From Basidiobolus meristosporus CBS 931.73 (Eukaryota; Fungi; Basidiobolomycota), in assembly GCA_002104905.1 (NCBI GenBank), contig MCFE01000031.1, positions 154,346 through 218,345 of the forward strand: a DNA stretch of 64,000 bases. The letters are read 5' to 3'. A program made the translations under genes and the position numbers. This document shows, in pieces, positions 55,364 through 64,000 of this stretch. Position 1 is the stretch's first letter. Each line of letters starts with the position of its first letter. The notes beneath the pieces are model-generated. The model saw nothing but the letters and a program-made list of their open reading frames with translations, did not search any database and was not told where the DNA came from.

Positions 55364-56090
55364 TTAGGGTTAGGGGGGGGATGATAATCACCACAGGGTG
55401 AAATCTTTATTTAAATCATAAATAAAGAAGCCAAATTTGAATAAGAATAGTTGAGATGCAGAAAGCCTACAAGATAAACTTGGACTTTGCTGTATCCCAA
55501 ATATCCTCAATATTGAAGTCTAGAGGAGAATGTAGCAAAACTGCTTGTTCACTGTAGTATTTCTTGAGGAAGTTTGTGACTTGAAGGTAAGGAGAGTTTT
55601 TCAACAAGCTGGTAAACCTTTTGAGGAGTTCTTTCTCCAGAGAGAATGGTACAAAGAGTGGAATGTCCAAATGATGTCTGAATATATGCTCTGAGAGCTC
55701 CCAATCCAGCATATTTTTGACTTCTTCTGTAAAATCTTCAACAATATCTTTGTCAAGAATAACTTCCAAGAGATCCCTGGCAATGTACTGAATGTTAATA
55801 ATCTTAGGCATATGAATACCTAGGACCTTGAGGTAATTTTGTTGTTCTGAAATTGGGAGATAGCCAGCATTTCTGAAATAGCAAACAGCCCAATTGGCAG
55901 TGGGAGGAGTATCAGGGCTGACAGGGAATCTTCTTCTAGCTTTAGGGTGCACTGGCTTAGGTGACTGTCTTGTTGAAAGGGCAGCTGGCTTTGGATGAGC
56001 TTGAAGTGCTTGGGAGTATGTCAGAGTATGAATGGCAGGAGTTGCTGGTTGCTGACAGTGGTCAGATTGACTGGAAGAAGAGCTGGTTGA
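55364..56090 (-). mobile_element. Family C1 unit: 5'-truncated ORF1/Gag-like-only element (ORF open 56087 to 55467)
   Basis: TYSQAL..WAVCYFRNAGYLPISEQ..LEVILDK..LLHSPL; homologous to 62952-63654; ends in the shared double hairpin and CCCTAA. Confidence 0.82.
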
Positions 56091-56130
56091 GGGTTAGGGT
56101 GTAGGTGTTATAGTAAGGGCTAGGAAAAGG
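56091..56130 (-). mobile_element. About 40-bp stub of the segment D terminus
   Basis: TTAGGGTGTAGGTGTTATAGTAAGGGCTAGGAAAAGGTTAG is identical to 51747-51787. Confidence 0.8.
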
Positions 56131-57290
56131 TTAGGGGGGAGACAGTCACCAACAGGTGAAATCTTTATTTCAGTTGAAACAAAGAAGCCAGTACTACTGT
56201 TGTAGCTTTGATACAAGAGTGTGTAGCTGAGGGGAATTAGTAGGTAAGTTAATAAGAAGTGATGATAGTTCTTCAGTGCTCAAGACACTGTTCAGTGGGA
56301 AGGGGGGTAGCAAGAGAGGTAAGAATGACTTGTGAACAACATTAATGAGGGGAATGTGATAAGGGTTGACATTCATCATAAAGGGAGTGTGCTGCTGCAG
56401 ATATTGCTGCCAAAGGTCTGTCAAGTACTTCAGGTGGGCCAGCTTGGGTTTTTCGGACTGCAGAATAAATTCAGCAAACTTCTTGACTTCAGGATCTCCA
56501 AGTATAGTTCTCCAGCAGGAGCCAGGTGTAGTGTGGTGTGTTCTCTTCCAGGCCTTAATCAGTGGGTTGTTGCAGTTGTGAAGTCTGAGGTATAATCTGG
56601 TTCCAAGGTAGAGAAGTCTGATCTTATAGGGCATAAACCCAAAAGCACCAAGAATAGCATGTCTGTAGGGGCATTCAGGCAAATGAGGCACCAAGGAGGT
56701 AATGCACCATACTGCAAACTTGTCAAGCTTAGTGCAGTCTCTAGAAGTAAGAGAGAGAAGTGGTAAGCCAAATTCCAGGACAGGGAAGACAAACGGCTTG
56801 AGTAGAAGAAGGCAGCTGGGAGCTGAAGTTGTAGGAGGAGTAACAGCCAGTAGCTTGTGGAGTGCCTGTCTTGCCAGGATAATTCTCTTCTTCAGGTGTG
56901 CTCCAGAGTCTAGTCCAGTAGAAAGGAAAGGAAAGCCAAGATATGTAGAAGAAACCTGAGCAGGTAGAGTGGAGTTCTCCAAGTTGATGGGAGAGCCCAA
57001 AGGAACTGTCTTTGCAATGGAAAGCTGGAGATTATTCTTCTGCAGATACTGGTGGATGGTCTGGGAGTCTTGTTGCACATTGGAGGAGGATATTCTGATG
57101 TCATCAGCAAAGAGAGTAACCAGGCAGTCAGCTGAGAGTCTTGGGAAATCATTCAGGAAGATGGCAAACAGTATAGGACCAAGCACAGAGCCTTAAACCA
57201 CTCCATTAGGAACTGAGAACACAGCTGATTGCTCACTTGGGTGCAGAATTCTTGCTTGTGGATCCAGAAACAGAGACCTGACAAGGAGGG
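56131..57290 (-). mobile_element. Telomere-type non-LTR unit, family B, copy 2 (RT palm to C-terminus; nonsense codon in the QG motif)
   Basis: NGVV*GSVLGPILF..TLFADD..YLG..VLEFGL; 5' side cut by copia insertion at 57291. Confidence 0.92.
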
Positions 57291-60200
57291 TGTTGTAAAA
57301 ATTTGTAATTCCACCTAAATATTCACCTAACTTAGTCACTTAGATCATTTCCCTCAAATTCTAGAGAATACTGACCAAATTCCTTGTCGGGATTTACTTA
57401 GAATATTTTCACCAAAATACCAGGTACCCAGAACATGAAAATTCTCAAAGTTGTCCAAACAGCCCCAAACTTGCACACATGTTCTTGGGACCTTCCTTAA
57501 CCTATTCTACGTGTTTGTTATGCCAAGACCATGTAAAAGTATAAATACTACTTTTACATTCAATAAATCATTAAGTGAAAACCACATAATCTACTTGTTC
57601 TCCCAATCACTTCCAATATCTCCAAGACTCTTACAACAGGTTATGAGCCCCGAGCTGTCACTCTCTGCAATGTCTACTACTGCTATTACTGGAATTTTTC
57701 CCTCTGCTGGAAAGTTGGATGGATCCAACTACCAAGTGTGGAAGGTGAAGATGAAGATGCTGTTGCAAGAAAGAGGCCTTTGGGATATTGTCATGGGAGA
57801 AGAATGCCCTCCTAAAAACGTGGGAGAGGAAGCCTTAAAGTACCAGAAGAAAGAACAAAGTGCCTTTAACTGCATTTGCCTTAATGTCAAGGACAAATTG
57901 CTAATTCAATGCTCAAGAGCAAAAACGGCAAAGAATGCCTGGAAAGCATTAGAAGACACCTACCAGTCATGTTCAGCTGCCAAGAAAATGTATCTGAGAA
58001 GAAAATTCTTTACTACAAAGATGCTGCCAGGAGAAGAAATGAAAAATCTAATTATCAGAATTACCCTGCTGGTAGATGAGATGGAATCGGTGGGCGTACC
58101 AACTACTGATGAGGATGTGATAGTTACCATCCTGAATAGCCTGACAGACAAGTTTCAGGGCCTTGTATCAGCCCTAGAGTCCAGAACTGAAGATTTGACC
58201 TTAAATTATGTATATGGAAGGCTCCTGGATGAAGAATTAAGCAAATCAAGCGCCAATAAGAAGGAAGAAGAAAATGCTTTAATAAGCAATGATAACCAAC
58301 AAAGGAGGTACCCAAGACCCTACAAAGGCAACAGCAACCTATTTTGCAACTACTGCAAAAGGAAAGGACACACATCAGACCGGTGTTTCAAAAAGAGAGA
58401 TTATCAGCAAAAGAAGCCTGAATATGGAAATGCTGCAACAACTGAAGATAGACTATTCATATCTGCACTAAATATGACCACAAACAAGGATTCTCAGACG
58501 TGGTATATTGACTCTGGAGCTTCTCAACACTTTACACACCAAAAAGAACTTTTTACCCAATATCAAGAAATTCCAATTAAGAAGGTTTTCATGGGTGACA
58601 ATAGAACACTTGATGCAGTGGGAGAAGGAACTATCCAAGTAAACCTTAGAAGCAGTGAAGGAAGCCATACACTGACCTTTAAAGAAGTACTCTATGTACC
58701 AGAAATAGCCAAGAACCTACTCTCTGTAAGCAAGGCCACAGCAGAAGGACTCAGTTTCAGTTTTGACAATTCTGGATGCAGGATCACTGATCAAAATGGT
58801 GCCCATATTGCTTCGAGCATCAGAGATCAGAATCTATACAAGTTGACTTATATTCCATCATATCTGGAAGCCAATATAAGTAACTTAAATGAAGAAACAC
58901 CAATGCTTTGGCACAGGAGATTTGGACACATCAATTTTGATTATTTGCGTAAAATGATCAAAGATCAGCTAATTTCTGGAGTGAAAATTGATCCCCCAGC
59001 TAATTTGGAGCACTGTGAAGCCTGCATATATGGGAAACAAGCCAGACAACCGTTCAAGAGCTCTGGGTTAATCAAAACTAAGAAAAAATTAGATCTAATT
59101 CACTCAGATCTGTGTGGACCTATACAAAATTTATCCTTAGGCGGGATGAAGTATTTAATCACTTTTATTGATGATTATACAAGATACACATGGGTCTACT
59201 TCATGGAGAGAAAGGAAGAAGCTCTGTCTAAGCTCAGGGAGTTTAAAGCCATGGTGGAGAGAGAAACTGGTGAAAAAATCAAGAAAATACGCTCTGACAA
59301 TGGAGGAGAATATACCTCAAAACTTTTCATTCACTTCTGCAAAATTCATGGGATAAAGCAAGAGACTACTGTACCATACTCCCCACAGCAAAATGGAGTA
59401 GCAGAACAAGCTAACAGATCAATAATTGATATGGCAAGATCTATGATCCATGATCAAAAATTATCCTATGATTTTTGGGCGGAATCAGTTGCCACTGCTG
59501 TATATCTTAAAAATAGGAGTTATAACAGAATACTTCGTGATTCTACTCCATTTGAAGCATGGTATGGATACAGACCAAGTGCAGAACATCTAAGAATATT
59601 TGGGTGTACAGCATATGCCAAAAAACTGGCCGGAAATCAGTCAAAATTTGAGCCAAAAAGTGTAAAATGCATATTTTTGGGCTACTGCAATGAGAGTAAG
59701 GCATACAGACTCTACAATACCGAAGCAAAGAAGCTGATCAAGTCCAGGGATGTGTTGTTTGATGAAAATTCAAAATTTTCACAAAAAATGACATCAGATG
59801 ATGACAAAAATTTGATCTCAAGTCCACCAATTGTCAGGATTGAATCAGAGCAAAACAATGAAAATTTTTTCACTCCAGAGGACTCTACAACCGTGGTTCA
59901 GCCAGAATCAGTGCCCAGGAATATCCCAGAAGTGATCATTCCAGTATCAAATGCCCGGAGATCAAATCGGACAAGAAATAGCCCAAATTACTATATTAAT
60001 GAGGGTACAAACTTAGCCTATGCCTATTCAGTCCATATTGATGAACCCCAGACTGTAAAAGAGGCCCTAAATAGCCCTCAGACGAAGTTTTGGAGATCTG
60101 CAATGACTGAGGAATATCAGGCCCTGATGGAAAATCAAACTTGGGACTTAGTCAAATTACCAATCAACCGAAAATCAATTGGATGCAGATGGGTCTTCAA

Positions 60201-60741
60201 GACAAAGTACAAGGCTGATGGTACAATTGAAAGATACAAAGCAAGACTTGTAGCCAAAGGATACTCTCAAACAAAAGGACTTGACTATACTGAGACCTTT
60301 GCACCGGTAGCCAAGTTTAATTCCATCAGATTAATATTGGCTATTGCAGCCAAATATAAGTTTTTTATTCATCAAATGGATGTAAAAACTGCATTTTTGA
60401 ATGGAGAACTTGCTGAGGACGTGTATATGGACCAGCCTGATGGGTTTGTTGACCAAGATAACCCCCATTTGGTCTGCAAGCTTAAAAAGTCACTATATGG
60501 TCTCAAACAATCACCAAGAGCCTGGAATTGCAAGATAGATTCTTATTTGGAATCTTTGAGTTTCAAAAGGAGTAATGCTGACTATAGTATATACTATAAG
60601 CCAGATAGAGCCAATCCAGTTCTATTAGCTCTATATGTGGATGATCTTATTATAGCCACCAATAACCTAGAAACATTGGAAGAAACTAAATCCAGCCTAT
60701 CTAAGGAGTTCAAGATGTCCAATCTAGGAGAACTTAGTTAC
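57291..60741 (+). mobile_element. Ty1/copia LTR retrotransposon copy 2 (5' LTR 57291-57638, PBS 57639-57650, open gag-pol truncated after RT YVDD; no RNase H or 3' LTR)
   Basis: CNYCKRKGHTSDRC knuckle, WYIDSGASQH protease, HSDLCGP/DDYTR/SDNGGEY/NGVAEQ integrase before RT (copia domain order), LYVDDLII. Confidence 0.98.
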
Positions 60742-62813
60742 TTAGGGGAGGGAAAGTCACCAAGTTGGTGAAATCTTTATTTGAGTTAAGAACTAATCTA
60801 GGTACAAATAAAGAAGCCAATTAAGAGGTCTAGAACCTCTCTAATAAATAATCTAATTTATGTTTTGTTTCATCTCTAATGTTTGTTTCAATAAAGTAAA
60901 GCTCATCAGGGGTAAATATAAAATTCAGGGGTTTTGGGGGAAGTACAAATTGTAGATGTTTCTGATCAATATAATCCAAGACTGGAACCCAGCCTGGGAT
61001 TAGGTGTAGTAGGAAAGGTGTGTGGACTTGTAAGTAGCTCTGCCACATAGATCTTAGATGGTCCTGAGCCAGTAGTCTTGGTTTCTCAGCTTTTTGAAGT
61101 TTTGAAGCAAGCTCTGTTACTACAGCAGAGCCAACCAGGGTGTGCCAGCAAGAAGATTTCAGGGAGGAGTTAGATTGAAGCCATTGTTTGATGGAGGGGT
61201 TATGTGATTTCTGAAGTTTGACTAGGAAGGAAGCACGGAGATAGACCATTTGGATTTGGTATGGGTAGAAGCCAAAGGCTCCATTAGTTGCATGGATATA
61301 GGGAGATACTGGAAGATAAGGTACCAAGGATCTGATACACTGATGGAGAAATTTATCCAGGCGGTGAAGTTCTCTGGAGGTTAGGGGTATAATGTGGAGA
61401 CCAAACTCAAGTACCGGCAGTACATACTGCTTCAGAAGTATAGGGATCTTTTGAAATGGAGTGTCTGGAGTGACTACTACCAGAAGCTTTTTGAGAGCCT
61501 GTTGAGCAAGACGGATCCTATTATTCAGGTGGAGCTTTGAGTCAATCCCATGTTGACAAAATGGCAGACCTAGATATATTGCAGTTTGTTGTGGCAGAAT
61601 GGTAGTGTTCTGTATAGTTGTAGTGCATCCAATTGGGACTGTCTTGGAAATTGAGAGTGAGAGGTTGTTGGCAGCCAAGTACTTCTCAATGATGGCAGTG
61701 TCTGCTATGGGATTAGGAGTAGCAATCTTGATATCATCCGCATAGAGAGTTAGTAGTGGATAGGGAGAGTCTGGTGAGGGGCCTTTTGGAAATAAAGGAA
61801 AGTCATGTAGGAATATCACAAATAGTAAGGGACCTAGTACAGATCCTTGGACTACTCCATTTGGAACCTCATAAGTCTCTGATGTACAACTTGGATGCAA
61901 AATTTTGGCTGAGTTCTCACAAAATAGAGAACGTACAAGAAGGGTCATTGGTAGTGTGGTAACTGCTAATAGCTTTCTCCAAAGCAGAGCTCTGTCCACA
62001 GAGTCAAAGGCTTTAGTAATGTCAAACAGAATGGTTGGCAATGAGAATTGAAGTGAATGATCATGGCTTAGCACTACAGCCATATCCAAGGAGAGTTTGG
62101 GCAAGAAGCCAAACTGAGAAGGATGGAATGGATATAGTTGAGATTGCAAGGATCTTGCAATTATAAGCTCAAAGATTTTCCGGCAGGTTGGCAGGAGTGA
62201 AACTGGCCGGTAAGAACCTGGGAGTGAGTGTTTCCCCTTCCCTTTGTATAAGGGTATTACATTTGCCTGTGACCAGGCCTTTGGGGTAGTCAATTGTTGG
62301 GCACAGATAGAGTAGAATGGGAGAAGTAAGTGACTCATTTTGGAGTAGCACACCCGGAGTAGATCGCAGGTAATCAAGTCATGTCCAGGTGCAGTATTTG
62401 CAGGAAGCTTCTTTAAAATTTTCTCCAGAAGCTTTGCTGAAGCCAAAATTGGAGATGTTGGACTGCTAGATATGTTACCAGTATGGTAGAAAGGAGGAGT
62501 GGGATGCACGGTTGAATCAAAGAATATAGGGGCCAGTTTGTCTGGTGATGGTATACTCCTTGCTTGGGGTCTCATGGCTTTATATACTCTTGATATGGAC
62601 CTTGTGGTGGCATTCATATTTACTAAGGGCAAGGTATCCATGATATGAGCCCATAATCTAGTATGCTCAGTGATCTGTAGTGACTTGGAGTAGGAGATTG
62701 CGCTTTCCAGGAGGTTCTGTGTTTTTGGGTTAGGGAAACATAGGTAGCTGGAATTTAAGGCAGAAATGATGGATTTCCATTTAAGTTGGTTTGCAGATGG
62801 CTTTTGGTAGGAC
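60742..62813 (-). mobile_element. Telomere-type non-LTR unit, family A: 5'-truncated but uninterrupted RT ORF (about 660 aa, stop at 60830)
   Basis: APGHD, YRPVSLL, QFGF, FDITKAFDSVDR, GVVQGSVLGPLLF, LYADD, YLG; no zinc knuckle or nuclease motif C-terminal to RT. Confidence 0.95.
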
Positions 62814-63654
62814 TTAGGGGTTAGGGGAGGGAAAGTCACCAAGGTAGGTGAAATCTTTATTTGATTTCAGACAAGTCTAACTACAAATAAAGAAGCCAGT
62901 TGGGAATAGAAGATTCCCAAAGTATAAACACTAAGTTGAATATGAATAAATCTAAGCTAAAGTTAAGGCAGTATCCCAGAGTACACTGGAGTTCAGGTTC
63001 ATGGGGGAGTGAAGTAGATAAGCTTGAGAGATATAATAATCTTTGAGGAAGTGGGTAACAGCAGGTGAAGGGGAGTTTTTGATAAGTAAAGTGAATCTTG
63101 AGAGCAGAGATTCCTCTAAGGAGAAGGTCTTGTAAACCGGAGAATCAGGAAACTCTTTAAAGGCATGGTCAGTAGGTTCCCAGTAAAGCTGGTCAGAGAC
63201 ATTTTGAGAGAACTCTTTAGCAATACTTTTGTCAAGTACTACCTCCAGAGTATGATGGTTGATAAATCTCATGTTAACAATCTTGGATAAGTTGTAACCT
63301 TGTTGCTTGAGATACATCCTATGCTCAGATATAGGAATAAACTCCACATTGGCAAAGTAGCAGACAGCCCAGTCAGTAGCAGGAGGCAAATTGGAAGTGG
63401 CAGGAAACTTTCTTTTAGTCTTGGGAGGAGCAGCAGGATGTCTTGAGGAAGCAGGAACAGGCTTTTTGACAGCTTCAGAGTAGGAAGAGTGAGCAGGAGC
63501 AAATGATTCTTGGGGAGTCTTGTTGACAGGAAGAGCTGGCACAGGGACAATAGATTCTTGCAGATCAGAAAAGGCAGAAAACAGCTTTTGAACTTGTTTC
63601 TTGAGTAAAGCATTTTCAGCTTCAACAAGTGCAAGCCTTTCCTCAAGGAAGGAG
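62814..63654 (-). mobile_element. Family C2 unit a: 5'-truncated ORF1/Gag-like-only element (ORF stop at 62952)
   Basis: Coiled coil (EERLALVEAENALLKKQVQKL), SYSEAV, Pro-rich linker, WAVCYF domain; shared 3' structure. Confidence 0.85.
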
Positions 63655-64000
63655 GTTAGGGGAGGGAAAGTCACCAAAGTAGGTGAAATCTTTATTTGAT
63701 TTCAGACAAGTATAACTACAAATAAAGAAGCCAGCTGGGAATAGAAGATTCCCAAAGTAAACACTAAGTTGAATATGAATAAATCTAAGCTAAAGTTAAG
63801 GCAGTATCCCAGAGTACACTGGAGTTCAGGTTCATAGGGGAGTGAAGTAGATAAGCTTGAGAGATATAATAATCTTTGAGGAAGTGGGTAACAGCAGGTG
63901 AAGGGGAGTTTTTGATAAGTGAAGTGAATCTTGAGAGCAGAGATTCCTCTAATGAGAAGGTCTTGTAAACTGGAGAATCAGGAAACTCTTTGAAGGCATG
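63655..64000 (-). mobile_element. Family C2 unit b: tandem near-identical copy, runs off the window
   Basis: Repeats 62819-63170 at an offset of about 835 bp; ORF stop at 63785. Confidence 0.9.

Noticed and set aside
57451-57642. N-terminal extension of the copia gag-pol ORF (also 47812-48055)
   Set aside because: Starts at a TTG inside the LTR; the plausible start is at or after the PBS.
60830-62813. Penelope-like (Athena/Coprina) or telomerase RT identity
   Set aside because: Motifs (YRPVSLL, FDITKAFD, QGSVLGP, YADD) are non-LTR/LINE-like by inspection; a phylogeny is still needed.
62814-62842. ORFs A and C2 both appear to start MVTFPPLT
   Set aside because: This is a GTG inside the neighbouring unit's hairpin read across the junction; the frame is open by chance and the ORFs are 5'-truncated.
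50806-63700. CRISPR-like array from the recurring junction motif
   Set aside because: Eukaryotic context, spacing from 39 bp to several kb, intervening sequences are retroelement bodies, and no cas genes.
63900-64000. Actual terminal telomere tract
   Set aside because: No long (TTAGGG)n run in the window; the telomeric location is inferred, not seen.

Overview
Intron-rich eukaryotic DNA, most consistent with an early-diverging fungus (Hook, UreF, Rix1, Isy1, Vps9-CUE and WrbA-like genes, short introns, two minor-spliceosome introns). The species cannot be fixed from the sequence. Bases 1-47,600 are a dense block of about 27 mostly housekeeping genes ending in a head-to-head inverted pair of flavodoxin-like quinone reductases. 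From about 47,720 to the window end the DNA is CpG-poor and holds no recognisable host genes. It contains Ty1/copia elements (two 3'-truncated copies and one solo LTR) interleaved with a same-orientation, head-to-tail chain of 5'-truncated non-LTR retroelement units. Ten junctions each begin with TTAGGG or a close variant (CTAGGG at 50806). Eight are followed by a shared double-hairpin 3' structure; its second stem covaries between families. The chain has two RT families with no endonuclease in the retained sequence, and separate units that encode only an ORF1/Gag-like protein. I infer a HeT-A/TART-like chromosome-end extension or healing system with the telomere lying to the right of the window; this is the top finding. 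Other findings are a DAP1-like micro-protein gene, AT-AC and GT-AG U12 introns, a catalytically dead full-length E3BP/PDHX, and two 1-bp homopolymer frameshifts that may be assembly errors. Gene boundaries for spliced genes were read by eye, and identities are eyeball estimates.
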